A stretch of 64,000 nt of DNA from Aureliella sp. (GCA_963691875.1 OY829846.1:2592001-2656000); one strand, 5' to 3'; counted from the stretch's first letter, positions 1 through 10,514 are shown. A program made the numbers and translations. The notes: a model not told the origin generated them from the sequence alone.

Positions 1-488
1 CCAACGATGGTGCCGTCTCCGGAGACTGCGCGCGCCGCACTAGAGGGGAACCCACCCGGCAACGTTCCCAACAAACGAATTCCGCTCTCAGCGGTCCAGA
101 CATAACCCTGGGACATGTTCACACCGCGAAATGACTCAGTGCTCGAAGATTCTCCGACTACCGTTCTTCCATCGGATGACACATCTTGGGCGATACTCCG
201 ATACCTTTTCTCTGGATGTGCTGGAGGTATTTCCGTAATGCCGCCTTGCTCAGTCCAGTGCAGCGCGACCGTTCCTTGAGCATTGGCACCCGTTCCTACG
301 ACCACTCGGCCATCGGCCGATACCGCTGTTGCGGTACTGTTAAATTCCCCGCCAGGTGCGTCGCCAAGCGGAATGAACCTGACAGGCCTGATCTGGCCAT
401 AAGACAAGTTGGGGCCACTGACGAACATGAATGCGCAGCAACCCAAGGCAAGGACACTGGCCAGTCTTGCAGTACGGAAGACAAGCAT
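1..488 (-). CDS. Secreted HAF-family extracellular repeat protein (5' part; runs off the left edge; absent from the ORF track)
   Basis: Manual translation from ATG at 488: MLVFRTARLASVLALGCCAFMFVSGPNLSYGQ... is signal-like. It is followed by the repeats STATAVSADGRVVVG, SIAQDVSSDGRTVVG and SAARAVSGDGTIVG, with HWTEQGG/VWTAESG and LGDAPGG/LGTLPGG motifs. There is no stop before the edge. Confidence 0.8.
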   Translation of the reverse strand, partial: MLVFRTARLASVLALGCCAFMFVSGPNLSYGQIRPVRFIPLGDAPGGEFNSTATAVSADGRVVVGTGANAQGTVALHWTEQGGITEIPPAHPEKRYRSIAQDVSSDGRTVVGESSSTESFRGVNMSQGYVWTAESGIRLLGTLPGGFPSSAARAVSGDGTIV

Positions 489-864
489 CTGGTTTTCTTT
501 CCTGATGTGGCGTTTCAGGTTTATTGGTCAATTCTCGTCGGGTACCGAGACTAACGAGCCCGTTTATGGCTTTAATCAGGGCGTTTGCCGAGTTGCTTGA
601 GCGGCCTCCGCCGCGTGACGCATTTTGACCACCAACGCCTACTGGCAGCCGCCGTAAAACTTAAGGAATTTGGCGGTTCTTGTAAGTCGCTATTCTAGCT
701 CAACTTGAGCTGATTGAAATCGCGAGACCTGGTCGCGTGATTTCGAGACTCTCGGCTCCAATCGAGACTTTTCGGGACTCCGCGGACCGACACCGCGTCA
801 CGCGAATTGTCTGGCGAGATTCGCGTCTATAGTAGCGAATTCCTGTGTACTTGCACAAAACGAT

Positions 865-928
865 CAAGGCCCGCCAGCATTCACTGACGGGCCTTGTGTT
901 CATCGAGACGGGTTGTGGGGCCCGTCTT
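865..928 (-). terminator. Two hairpins just downstream of ssrA; likely terminator/3' processing structures
   Basis: CAAGGCCCG(865-873)/CGGGCCTTG(888-896) and AGACGGG/CCCGTCT (906-928) inverted repeats. Confidence 0.5.
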
Positions 929-1287
929 AGTGGAGGCGGCGGGAATCGAACCCGCGTCCCGCGATATTTCCATGAAAGCCTCTACGTGCGTAGCTAATTG
1001 TTTAAGTCTCGCTTGCCCAGCCGCCTATCAGCAAGGCTGCCATTCAAGCCAGCCGGGAGCAATTTTTAGTCCCTCACGTGCCCGACACGGTGAAGAACGA
1101 TCCAGAATTGCGACTGGCAGTTGGGCGTCTCTGGCGAACCCCCTCAGCCAGGGCAACCTGCTTAGGCTGCCATTGCTAGACTATTGTCTGCAACTAAATT
1201 TTGCGGTCAGCTTTTAACGTGGCCAACTGACCAACCACGGCACGCCACCTTCATTTCTAGCTACCCGGTCGAATCCATTTCGCCCCC
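928..1287 (-). ncRNA. ssrA: tmRNA (SsrA), tag peptide (A)ADNSLAMAA*
   Basis: 5' end GGGGGCGAAATGGATTCGAC at 1287. The 3' tRNA-Ala-like end reads GACGCGGGTTCGATTCCCGCCGCCTCCAC(TA). The internal tag ORF GCA GAC AAT AGT CTA GCA ATG GCA GCC TAA (1191-1162) ends in AA. Confidence 0.95.
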
Positions 1288-1498
1288 AGCAAGAGAAGAT
1301 TGCTCTTCAGCGAGTTTTTCTCGAAAGGTTGTTTCGAGCCGACTCCCCGAAAGTTTCGGTTTGTCAACTTCTCCAACTACAAGAAAACTTGCCACTCAAC
1401 AATTATCTGCCACATGCACAGAAATTCAAGTCGTCCACCCGCCTATGCTAAAGAGCTAGAGACCGCTCATAGGTCCTGCAGGTTCGGGAAAGTTGTGC

Positions 1499-1597
1499 AT
1501 GACACGCATAGCGGAATGACACGCATAGCGGAATGACACGCATAGCAGAATGCCACGCATAGCAGAATGCCACGCATAGCAGAATGCCACGCATAGC
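1499..1597. repeat. 17-bp tandem repeat, ~6 copies (ATGMCACGCATAGCRGA)
   Basis: Directly visible: three ATGACACGCATAGC units then three ATGCCACGCATAGC units, with no spacers. Confidence 0.95.
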
Positions 1598-1791
1598 GCC
1601 GGTTCTCGGAGACCGAGCCCTTGGATTAGAATAAGAGACGTTGGCAAGAACATGGTTACCTTTAGGAGCTCGGCCGAGCCGCGTAGCTCAAGGCAACCTG
1701 GTGGCCCTAGCTAGACGTAATAGAACTGAGCGGTACGCCACGAGTCTTGACGCATTCCACTAACAAACTCCGATCTGGCGTAGATACTAAG

Positions 1792-3225
1792 ATGCACGAT
1801 CCGGCAACGCGACGATGGTTTCTGTCCCAATGTGGAGTTGGACTGGGATCGATCGCGGCATCGCAATTGCTTGGCCCAAGCGCCGTTGGTTGTGAAAATG
1901 AAGCTGCCGGGTTGAAAAAGCCTGCGGGTCCTTTGGCGGCTCATGAACCTCATTTTCCAGGCAAGGCAAAAGCTGTCATCCACTTGTTCATGTGTGGTGC
2001 GCCAAGTCAGCTGGAGCTGTTCGATGAAAAACCACTGTTGAAGGAGCTCGAAGGCAAGCCACTCCCTCCATCTGTCATCGGCGATCAGCGCTATGCCTTC
2101 ATTCAGCCCAACGCGGCTGTTTTAGGGCCACAGTTCAAATTCGCGAGGCACGGGCAATCGGGTGCCTTAATCTCGGAGATGTTACCGCACACAGCCAAGG
2201 TCGCTGATAAGCTGTGCTTCGTCAAATCGATGCACACAGACCAGTTCAATCACGCGCCGGCTCAGCTGTTTTTCAACTCGGGATTCTCTCAGCCAGGCCG
2301 CCCAAGCTTCGGTTCCTGGGTCGTTTATGGGCTCGGAGCGGAGACAGAAGAGCTGCCAGCTTTTGTGGTGATGAGTACCGGTGCGGGATTGAGTGCTGGA
2401 ACTTCGCTTTGGTCCAGCGGATTCTTACCGACTGTTTACACCGGAGTTCGTTTCCGCAGCCAAGGTGCTCCGATTCTGAACCTAGAGAACCCGTCGGGCG
2501 TGAGCAACCAGTTGCAAAGTGATACTTTCGAGCTGATCCGCAAGATGAACCAGCGTCAACTAGAACAAGTGGGCGACCCGGAGATTCGCACGCGAATCGA
2601 GAGTTTCGAGATGGCCGCCAAGCTGCAAACTTCGGCTCCCGACTTGATGGAACTCTCGCAGGAGACTCAAGCCACGCTTGACATGTATGGCTGCGATCCG
2701 GCGAAGCAGTCCTTCGCGCGTGCTTGTTTGCTCGCCCGTCGCATGGTGGAACGCGGTGTGCGTTACATCAATATTTTTCACAGCGGTTGGGATGCTCACA
2801 GCAATGTCGTGGGCAATATCCGAAATAACACCAAGAAGACGGATCAGGCTTCCGCAGCACTCGTTCAGGACTTGGCGCAGCGTGGCATGCTGGACGACAC
2901 ACTGGTCGTCTGGGGCGGCGAGTTTGGTCGGACACCGATGGTCGAAACGAATCCGGCATTGGGACGCAAGCAAGGTCGCGACCACCACCCTCAAGCATTC
3001 ACGATGTGGATGGCGGGTGGCGGCATCAAGCCAGGGATGACACTTGGAGCTACGGATGAATTTGGTTTTCATGTGACGGAATCACCCGTCCACGTACATG
3101 ACCTGCAAGCTACTTTGTTACACTGCCTTGGGTTCGACCATGAGCGTCTGACTTACCATCACGCTGGCCGCGACTTCCGTCTGACCGATGTTCACGGCGA
3201 AGTGGTCAAAGAGATTCTCGCGTAA
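1792..3225 (+). CDS. DUF1501 domain protein (Tat-type signal)
   Basis: TRRWFL twin-arginine signal, AKAVIHLFMCGAPSQLELFD, GRPSFGSW, LLARRMVERGVR, WGGEFGRTP, GRDHHP and GRDFRLTDVHG motifs. ATG 1792 is preferred over TTG 1747. Confidence 0.9.
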   Translation: MHDPATRRWFLSQCGVGLGSIAASQLLGPSAVGCENEAAGLKKPAGPLAAHEPHFPGKAKAVIHLFMCGAPSQLELFDEKPLLKELEGKPLPPSVIGDQRYAFIQPNAAVLGPQFKFARHGQSGALISEMLPHTAKVADKLCFVKSMHTDQFNHAPAQLFFNSGFSQPGRPSFGSWVVYGLGAETEELPAFVVMSTGAGLSAGTSLWSSGFLPTVYTGVRFRSQGAPILNLENPSGVSNQLQSDTFELIRKMNQRQLEQVGDPEIRTRIESFEMAAKLQTSAPDLMELSQETQATLDMYGCDPAKQSFARACLLARRMVERGVRYINIFHSGWDAHSNVVGNIRNNTKKTDQASAALVQDLAQRGMLDDTLVVWGGEFGRTPMVETNPALGRKQGRDHHPQAFTMWMAGGGIKPGMTLGATDEFGFHVTESPVHVHDLQATLLHCLGFDHERLTYHHAGRDFRLTDVHGEVVKEILA

Positions 3226-3302
3226 CCTCGCCTAAACCATCCTCTCCATCCAGAGCCGTTTCCTCTTGTAGAGAAACGACCTAAACGCATAGGAGTGTTC
3301 GC

Positions 3303-5696
3303 ATGCGCAAGCCTCACCTTTATCTTCTGTACGCCTTCGCGATTTCCTTCCTTTGCTGTCCCTATTTGAAGACTGCGTTGGGCCAAGCCGACTACATCGC
3401 CAATGTAGATCGCCAGCCCTTGGAAGCATCGATTGAACGTGTGATTCAAGCCTTGGAGATCGCGGGAAGCCCGTTGCCCAAAGAAGCTCTGCAAGCGATC
3501 AAAGAGCTGAAGGCGAGCGAGCGCGATCCGCAAGTCGTTAGGCAGCTGCAAGCGATTCTAGATCCATTCTGCCTACTAGAAGTCAACATCAACCCGGAGA
3601 GTCGTGTCAAAGTAAAGCGGCTTACTCGGCCTGCCGTTCTCGACCAACGCGGCTGGACTAATTTCTTGGTGAAAGTGCACAACGAGGCGGGTGTAACGGC
3701 AGCGCTAGAATGTCTTAGCAAGCAGGCTTTGCCGATGGTGCGTCGCAGTAGCTCCAAGCCCGATCCCAAGATTGATATTTTACCAGCCGACGCAGCTAGG
3801 CGATGGTTGGATATCGCCAGCGTGAACTCGCACCCGATGACGCCAACACTTTCTGGGCTAGCCGTCGAATACCGGATCATCCAGTTGTACAGTCGTGATG
3901 CTGGCAAGCGTGAAGCAACTTTGGAAATGCATGTCGGACAAGGCACACAGGACCTGGGCTTTCGCTCGGAAGTTCCCATTCTGTTCGAATGCCGCCCATC
4001 AATCGAAGTGCCACTTGAAGTGCTTGACGAGAAGGGCGAGCCGACGACCTGCAGCCTGCTGATAAAAGATGAATTAGGACGCGTTTACCCGAATCCATCT
4101 CGTCGACTTGCGCCGGACTTCTTCTTTCATCAGCAAGTTTATCGTTCGCATGGCGAATCGATTTTGCTCGCTCCAGGCAAGTACAACATTGTGGCGTATC
4201 GTGGCCCTGAATATCACGAGGTGCCGCTACAGCTGGAAGTAGTAGACCAAGCAAGTGCCGCACCAATGCGGATTGAACTGAAGCGATGGATTCACATGAC
4301 GAAGCTTGGCTGGTTCTCCGGTGATCACCATGTTCATGCGGCTGGGTGCGCTCACTACGAAAACCCAACAGAAGGCGTGTCGCCGAAGGACATGATGCGG
4401 CACATTGTGGGCGAGGACTTAAACGTGGGCTGCGTGCTCAGTTGGGGGCCATGCTGGTACTTCCAAAAGCAGTTCTTTGACGGGCAAGTATCGCCGCTCT
4501 CTCAGCCCGGGAATCTGATGCGCTACGATGTCGAGGTGAGTGGTTTTCCTTCTTCGCATGCCGGACACTTGTGCTTGCTGAATCTTGAAGAAGACGACTA
4601 TCCTGGAACCAAAAGCATTGAAGAGTGGCCGACATGGACGCAGCCCGTATTGGCTTGGGGCAAGAAGCAAGGCGGTGTGGTGGGCTACAGTCACAGCGGT
4701 TGGGGATTGGCGTTGCCCGATTATTTGCCGAATGGACAGCGCGGTCGATATCCTCGGACTTGGGGCGGAAACGGTCCCGGGGCAGGTAAAGCAGCTGACA
4801 AGTTACCTGACTTCGCAATGCCCCCTTTCGATGGGATCGGAGCGAACGAGTTCATCGTGACGGCAACGACCGGTGTCTGCGATTTTATCAGTGCTGTCGA
4901 TACGCCAGTGATCTGGGAGCTCAATATTTGGTACCACACGCTCAACTGTGGTTTCACATCACGCATCAGCGGAGAGACGGATTTTCCTTGTATCTACGGC
5001 GAACGCGTCGGCTTGGGGCGAAGCTATGTGCAGATCGATGACACGACCGCAGCGACGCTAAAGTACGCGGATTGGGTCCAAGGCATTCGAGATGGCAGAA
5101 GCTACGTTTCGGATGGACTCAGTCACTTGGTGAGTTTTTCTGTCGGCGATCACCGATTAGGAACCCGTGGCAAATCCGGCGAAGCAAGTCGTCTGGACAT
5201 TGCCAAACCGAATAAGCAAGTGATTCGCTGCCAAGTCGCGGCGATGTTGACGGAGAAGCAAACCGAACTTGGCAAGCAGATTCGCAATCGTCGTTTGGAC
5301 ATGAAGCCCTATTGGCACTTGGAGCGGGCACGAGTTGGCCAAAGCCGAAACGTGCCGGTGGAAGTAATTATCAACGGCCAAGCTGTCGAGCGTCAAGAAA
5401 TACCGGCCGACGGCGCAGTGCATGACTTGGAGTTTGAGGTCGACATTGAGCGGTCTTCTTGGGTTGCCGTTCGTGTACTGCCTTCCATGCACAGCAATCC
5501 GATTTTCGTCCACGTTGCGGAAGAACCGATTCGAGCCAGCAAGAAGAGCGCAGAATGGTGTAAGGAAGCTGTCGATGTTTGCTGGGGAAAGAAACGCGGG
5601 TTGATCCGGCCCGAGGAGATCGGCGCAGCCAAAGAGGCTTACGATTCCGCGAGGGCTACCTACACCAAGATCGCGGAGGTAGCGTTCGAGAATTAG
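3303..5696 (+). CDS. CehA/McbA-family (PHP-like) secreted metallohydrolase
   Basis: 797-aa ORF with an AGGAG RBS and signal peptide; WFSGDHHVHAAGC, SHAGH, YSHSGWG, WYHTLNCG, SGETDFPC and GRSYVSDG motifs. Confidence 0.75.
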   Translation: MRKPHLYLLYAFAISFLCCPYLKTALGQADYIANVDRQPLEASIERVIQALEIAGSPLPKEALQAIKELKASERDPQVVRQLQAILDPFCLLEVNINPESRVKVKRLTRPAVLDQRGWTNFLVKVHNEAGVTAALECLSKQALPMVRRSSSKPDPKIDILPADAARRWLDIASVNSHPMTPTLSGLAVEYRIIQLYSRDAGKREATLEMHVGQGTQDLGFRSEVPILFECRPSIEVPLEVLDEKGEPTTCSLLIKDELGRVYPNPSRRLAPDFFFHQQVYRSHGESILLAPGKYNIVAYRGPEYHEVPLQLEVVDQASAAPMRIELKRWIHMTKLGWFSGDHHVHAAGCAHYENPTEGVSPKDMMRHIVGEDLNVGCVLSWGPCWYFQKQFFDGQVSPLSQPGNLMRYDVEVSGFPSSHAGHLCLLNLEEDDYPGTKSIEEWPTWTQPVLAWGKKQGGVVGYSHSGWGLALPDYLPNGQRGRYPRTWGGNGPGAGKAADKLPDFAMPPFDGIGANEFIVTATTGVCDFISAVDTPVIWELNIWYHTLNCGFTSRISGETDFPCIYGERVGLGRSYVQIDDTTAATLKYADWVQGIRDGRSYVSDGLSHLVSFSVGDHRLGTRGKSGEASRLDIAKPNKQVIRCQVAAMLTEKQTELGKQIRNRRLDMKPYWHLERARVGQSRNVPVEVIINGQAVERQEIPADGAVHDLEFEVDIERSSWVAVRVLPSMHSNPIFVHVAEEPIRASKKSAEWCKEAVDVCWGKKRGLIRPEEIGAAKEAYDSARATYTKIAEVAFEN

Positions 5697-6278
5697 AGCC
5701 CCGCAGCGAAAGTCGTCGTAGCACGAATTCGATTGACGAGATCATTTTTGCTCGCAGCACAGAGCCGATCTGATAGATGAATCCGAGGAGACATTCTCAA
5801 CACGCACCTCCTCGATACATCTCCGACGTTCTTTTCAAGATGAGGAGATTGCGATGTTGAGTTCGTTTAACTCGGCCCTTCGCTCCCCCACTTTCGTGTC
5901 GCTATCCTGCTCCTTTGTTGGCGACCAAGTAGTGCTGTCGACTAAATTCACAAAGCATGGCCAGCTAGCTCCAAGTGGATATAATGCTTCACCTATCGCG
6001 AACGGCTTTGCCAACAACTTTGCGGAGCAGTAGGTGCTGTGGGCGGTCGATGCGAACTGGAAAACGCTCCGGCTGATTTTCGCGAGTGGTGGCGTCAGTA
6101 TGGTGCCTACACGATTTTGCGAGATTCCCCAGCGTGAACAGAAGTTCCCTCGCCGCTCCCCCGAAGGCCGCTAGCATGCCAGTATCAGAAAACAAATTCT
6201 TGATAGTGGTAGTAAGAAGGAGATCTCGGACAGAACCTAAGATCCTGACACCTCCGCTTCGTTGAGATTTTCTTGCAG

Positions 6279-6315
6279 AAAAAAACAAACAGCCTCGGGT
6301 GTGGCCCCGAGGCTG
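6279..6315 (-). terminator. Rho-independent terminator of ahcY
   Basis: CAGCCTCGGG(6290-6299)/CCCGAGGCTG(6306-6315) stem, followed on the minus strand by TTTGTTTTTTT. Confidence 0.8.
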
Positions 6316-6378
6316 CTTGGAGGAGAGGTATTTTCCAAAGCTGCGGACTCATCTCGCAACCATCGAATGACTAACGGC

Positions 6379-7905
6379 CTAGTAGCGGTAGTGGGTTGGC
6401 TTGTAAGGGCCTTCTACCGGAACGCCGATGTAGTCAGCTTGCTCTTGCGAGAGCGTGGTAAGCTTCACACCGAGCTTCTCCAGATGCAAGCGAGCCACTT
6501 CTTCGTCCAATCGCTTTGGCAATACGTAAACCTTGTTTTCGTACTCGCCCGTGTCCTTCTTCTCCCACAACTCTAGCTGAGCCAAAGTTTGATTGGTGAA
6601 GCTAGCACTCATCACAAAGCTTGGGTGACCTGTCGCACAACCTAGGTTCAGTAGTCGGCCTTCGGCGAGGATCAGGATGCTGCGTCCAGTCTCGGTGAAG
6701 GTGAATTGGTCATACTGAGGTTTGATGGTGTTGCGAGTTACCTTGCCCTCGTCTTCCAGCTTCTGCAGGCCAGCCATGTCAATTTCGTTGTCGAAGTGAC
6801 CGATGTTGCCAACGATGGCGCCCGTCTTCATCTGCGCCATGTGTGACGCAGAAATGATATCCTTGTTGCCAGTTGTGGTAACGAAAATATCGGCGAATCC
6901 AAGCACGTCTTCCAGTGGCTTGACTTCGTAACCTTCCATCGCAGCCTGCAGAGCACAGATGGGATCGATCTCAGTTACGATGACGCGGCAACCTTGGCCA
7001 CGTAAAGATTGGCAACTACCTTTGCCAACATCGCCGAAGCCGCAGACAACTGCGACCTTACCACCCATCATCACGTCGCTAGCTCGGTTCAAGCCATCGA
7101 TTAACGAGTGGCGACAACCATATACGTTATCGAACTTCGCTTTGGTAACAGAGTCATTCACATTGATAGCAGGGAACAGCAGGCTGCCTTCATTTTCCAT
7201 CTCGTACAAGCGGTGAACCCCAGTGGTGGTTTCTTCGCTGACGCCGCGAACGTGCTTGGCCATTTCCGTCCATTTGCCTGGATTTTGCTCAAGCTCCTTG
7301 CGAAGCAGCTCAAGGATCACTCCCCATTCTTCTGGTTCGTTGTCCGCATCGAACGCAGGAACAACGCCAGCCGCTTCGTACTCAACTCCCTTGTGAATCA
7401 GCATGGTGGCGTCACCACCGTCGTCGACGATCATGTCAGGACCGGTGCTGTCTGGCCACACAAGTGCTTCGTTGGTGCACCACCAATACTCTTCCAGCGT
7501 TTCGCCCTTCCAAGCCCAAACGGGTGTTCCGCTTGGATTTTCCAGAGTGCCGTCCGTGCCGACGACAACTGCCGCAGCAGCGCTATCTTGAGTCGAGAAG
7601 ATGTTGCAGCTTACCCAGCGAACATCGGCACCCAGCGAGTCAAGGGTTTCGATCAGAACAGCAGTTTGCACCGTCATGTGCAAGGAGCCCATGATCTTGA
7701 CGCCCGCCAGTGGCTGCTTTTCTCCATATCGCGCTCGCAGAGCCATTAGGCCTGGCATTTCCTCTTCCGCTAGTGCGATTTCGTTGCGACCAAGGTCGAC
7801 CAACGCTTGTGCCCCTTCACGCTTGCCTTCTGCAAGCAGATCAAAAGCGCGAACCTTGTAAGGCAATCGCTCCGTCGCAGTTGCGGGTTCAGTAACAGTA
7901 CTCAT
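6379..7905 (-). CDS. ahcY: Adenosylhomocysteinase (SAH hydrolase)
   Basis: [76 protein letters not shown] and C-terminal HYRY. Confidence 0.97.
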   Translation of the reverse strand: MSTVTEPATATERLPYKVRAFDLLAEGKREGAQALVDLGRNEIALAEEEMPGLMALRARYGEKQPLAGVKIMGSLHMTVQTAVLIETLDSLGADVRWVSCNIFSTQDSAAAAVVVGTDGTLENPSGTPVWAWKGETLEEYWWCTNEALVWPDSTGPDMIVDDGGDATMLIHKGVEYEAAGVVPAFDADNEPEEWGVILELLRKELEQNPGKWTEMAKHVRGVSEETTTGVHRLYEMENEGSLLFPAINVNDSVTKAKFDNVYGCRHSLIDGLNRASDVMMGGKVAVVCGFGDVGKGSCQSLRGQGCRVIVTEIDPICALQAAMEGYEVKPLEDVLGFADIFVTTTGNKDIISASHMAQMKTGAIVGNIGHFDNEIDMAGLQKLEDEGKVTRNTIKPQYDQFTFTETGRSILILAEGRLLNLGCATGHPSFVMSASFTNQTLAQLELWEKKDTGEYENKVYVLPKRLDEEVARLHLEKLGVKLTTLSQEQADYIGVPVEGPYKPTHYRY

Positions 7906-7950
7906 AAAGAGTTCCTTTATTGTAAAAAAGAGATTAATTCTGTTGCTCAG

Positions 7951-8925
7951 CTACCTGAGCGTTGGTTTAGCTGATTTGGTTTTCGAATGACCGTGAGCCA
8001 CTGCCGCAAATAACGCAGGGCCCGTTCCATTCGGGTCAGGCGGCAAGACGTGGTGTTGGATCAGGCTTAGGTTCGCCTGAGACAACCAGGTTTGCAGTTC
8101 CTCTTGTTCTACTCCCAATCGCACATGCCCAAGGTCATGGCGATAAGCAGTTCGTTCGTGAGGGATTAAATCCATGATGACGAGCGTTCCTTCCGGCTTG
8201 AGCACTCGAGCCGCTTCAGCCAAAACATTCACTGGGTCATCGATGTACGGCAAAACCAAGACAAGCCAGGCGATATCGACGCATGCCTCATCGAGGGTAG
8301 TATCCGACAATTCAGCATGGAGCAACCGTATGTTCTTTTCTCGCCCCACCGCCGCGTTCTCAGCGATGTGTTGACGAGCCGCTTGAAGCATGGCTTCCGA
8401 ACTGTCGATCGCCAAGGCTTCTTTTACAAACGGTGACACCAAACGGCACAATGGCGCGGAACCGCAACCAAGCTCAGCAACCACCAAGTCTTGCGACAAC
8501 GTTGCGGCGAGCACAAAGCTATCAATTTGCTTGCCAAACAAATCAACTCGCAGGTTGTCCCATTGCTCGGCCGTCGAGCTGAAAAATTCTTCGCTCCGCG
8601 ACCTCTGCGACAAAACCTGAATAAGACGCTGCCCGTCCTCCTGTGTCGTAGGGGACTCAGCTTGCTCATGCACCCACTCCCATAGGCTTCTGCGGGAGTC
8701 GCACCAGCCGTTTAAGTGGTACAGGTGATTTGTGCCTTCCCGCCGATTTTCCACCCATCCGTCGGCGGCTAAGACTTTGAGGTGCCGGCTAACGGTACTC
8801 TGGGGCAATTGGAGCACGGAACAAAGCTCAGAAACCGACAACTCCTGCCCGTCCAGTAGACGAAGCAGGCGCACGCGGGTACTGTCGGAAAGCGTTTGAA
8901 GCCAATCAAGCGAGGCCGAAACCAT
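7951..8925 (-). CDS. sahR: ArsR-family HTH fused to a class I SAM-binding methyltransferase-like domain (SahR-type regulator)
   Basis: N-terminal LSDSTRVRLL...ELSVSEL...PQSTVSRHLKVL (ArsR) and C-terminal VAELGCGSA...AIDSSEAML...ARVLKPEG. It lies 45 bp upstream of ahcY on the same strand. Confidence 0.8.
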   Translation of the reverse strand: MVSASLDWLQTLSDSTRVRLLRLLDGQELSVSELCSVLQLPQSTVSRHLKVLAADGWVENRREGTNHLYHLNGWCDSRRSLWEWVHEQAESPTTQEDGQRLIQVLSQRSRSEEFFSSTAEQWDNLRVDLFGKQIDSFVLAATLSQDLVVAELGCGSAPLCRLVSPFVKEALAIDSSEAMLQAARQHIAENAAVGREKNIRLLHAELSDTTLDEACVDIAWLVLVLPYIDDPVNVLAEAARVLKPEGTLVIMDLIPHERTAYRHDLGHVRLGVEQEELQTWLSQANLSLIQHHVLPPDPNGTGPALFAAVAHGHSKTKSAKPTLR

Positions 8926-8994
8926 CAAAAACCCTTGAAATCGAAGGATTTATTACCTCATATCTGTTCTTTCGGCCGCAACAGGCGACCATTC

Positions 8995-9044
8995 ATCCGT
9001 CCATCCGGATAATCAATTATTGATCCGAGGCAAGGCTCGGTCAA
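8995..9044 (-). promoter_or_regulatory. Sigma70-like promoter (TTGACC-17-AATAAT) with a palindromic operator ATCCG-N6-CGGAT at the predicted start
   Basis: -35 at 9044-9039, -10 at 9021-9016, palindrome at 8995-9010. Confidence 0.55.
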
Positions 9045-9164
9045 GTCAAACTTAGGGGAACAGACAAGAGTGCTTGCAACGGCGGACGGAAGGCCAGGAA
9101 AGAGTGGGGGCCAGCGTCGATAGGGGAGCCGGAGTACGGATATAAGCTACTCGTTAAAAGCTGA

Positions 9165-10514
9165 TTAGCTTCCAATCTCGCTAGCAATGGAGAATGCTAT
9201 TTCCATGGCCTGAGCATAGTTCAGCCTTGGATCGCAGTTGGTGTTGTAGGCGGTTTCGAGATCCTCTTCGGTCAGCCCGGCTGAGCCGCCAACACATTCG
9301 GTGACGTTCTCGCCGGTTAGTTCGAGATGGACGCCCCCCAAGTAACTGCCACAATCTCGATGCACGGCAAAGCTTGTTTTTATTTCACCGAGCACATCTT
9401 CAAAACGGCGTGTCTTTTTGCCGGACTCAACGGAAACCGTATTACCATGCATCGGATCGCAAACCCAAAGCACTTTTTGCTCGGCGCGCTGCATCGTTTC
9501 GATCAACTCTGGCAATGCTTCCTCAGCATTCGCATTCCCGAGCCGATGAATCAAGGTGACTTTGCCCGGCTCATTTTCAGCATTCAACCTGCGTACCAGC
9601 TCGACGATTTCTTGCGGATCCGCACTGTGGCCAACTTTCACTCCCACAGGATTACGAACACCGCGAAGCAGCTCGACGTGCGCTCCGTCTAACTGCCGAG
9701 TACGCTCTCCAATCCATGGGAAATGAGTGCTTAGGTTGTACCACCCCGAATCCCTGATGCTCTTCCGTGTCAAAGCTGACTCGTACAGCAAATGCAGGGC
9801 CTCATGAGAAATGAAGAAGTCAACTCGCTCCATTTCTCGCAGTCGAGAATCCGAAATAGCATTGATAAACTCGAGTGTGTCGCCTAGCGAATTGACGATC
9901 TGTTGAAAACGCTGTGCGGTGTCAGAGCCGTGCACAAAATCGAGATTCCAGTTTTCGGGGTGATGCAAGTCCGCAAAACCACCCTCGCTCAGACCACGGA
10001 TGTAGTTCATCGTTTGAGCGGAACGAGCGTAACCTTGCAGCAGGCGTTTCGGATCATTGCGGCGATCGTCGGGCGTAAAAGGGGCTGAGTTGATCAAGTC
10101 ACCGCGATAGGAGGGCAGACTTACCTCGCCCTGGGTTTCCGTGTCCTTACTTCTTGGCTTGGCGTACTGTCCGGCAATTCGTCCCAGTCGGACTATCTTC
10201 TTCTTCGAGCCAAGCACCAATACGAGACTCATTTGCAGTAATACTTTTAGCTTGCTGGCGATATTGCTTGCTCGGCACTCATCAAAAGACTCTGCGCAAT
10301 CCCCGCCTTGTAGAATCCATGCATCTCCGGCCTGAGCGTCGGCAACCTGCTGTCGCAAACGGTCCACTTCCCAGCTAGTGACCAACGGCGGCAGTGTGGA
10401 AAGTTCACTCAGCACTGCGGCGACCGCCTGTGGATCGTCATAAGTAGGTTGCTGATGAGCCGGCAATGACTTCCAATTCTCTGGCGTCCAAACTGATGTT
10501 GAGCTTGCGTGCAT
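9165..10514 (-). CDS. Class II DAHP synthase
   Basis: LQGGDCAESF, GRIAGQYAKPRS, LPSYRGD, SHEALHL, WIGERTRQ, CDPMHGNT, GGVHLELTG and CDPRLN. Confidence 0.95.
   Translation of the reverse strand: MHASSTSVWTPENWKSLPAHQQPTYDDPQAVAAVLSELSTLPPLVTSWEVDRLRQQVADAQAGDAWILQGGDCAESFDECRASNIASKLKVLLQMSLVLVLGSKKKIVRLGRIAGQYAKPRSKDTETQGEVSLPSYRGDLINSAPFTPDDRRNDPKRLLQGYARSAQTMNYIRGLSEGGFADLHHPENWNLDFVHGSDTAQRFQQIVNSLGDTLEFINAISDSRLREMERVDFFISHEALHLLYESALTRKSIRDSGWYNLSTHFPWIGERTRQLDGAHVELLRGVRNPVGVKVGHSADPQEIVELVRRLNAENEPGKVTLIHRLGNANAEEALPELIETMQRAEQKVLWVCDPMHGNTVSVESGKKTRRFEDVLGEIKTSFAVHRDCGSYLGGVHLELTGENVTECVGGSAGLTEEDLETAYNTNCDPRLNYAQAMEIAFSIASEIGS

Noticed and set aside
186..554. 122-aa plus-strand ORF
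   Set aside because: Shadow of the minus-strand HAF-repeat gene (1-488).
931..960. Stand-alone tRNA gene
   Set aside because: The T-arm/acceptor sequence pairs with a 5' end ~355 nt away and encloses a tag ORF, so it is tmRNA.
894..1217. 107-aa ORF (VEAAGIEPAS...)
   Set aside because: Antisense shadow of ssrA.
1499..1597. CRISPR array
   Set aside because: The units are contiguous 17-mers with no unique spacers, and no cas genes are in the window.
5700..6270. Gene or ncRNA in the gap between the metallohydrolase and ahcY
   Set aside because: Only short ORFs without motifs and one loose hairpin (CGAGGAG/CTCCTCG); nothing supportable.
7906..7950. SAH/SAM riboswitch upstream of ahcY
   Set aside because: The gap is only 45 bp and AT-rich; the adjacent SahR-type protein explains regulation better.
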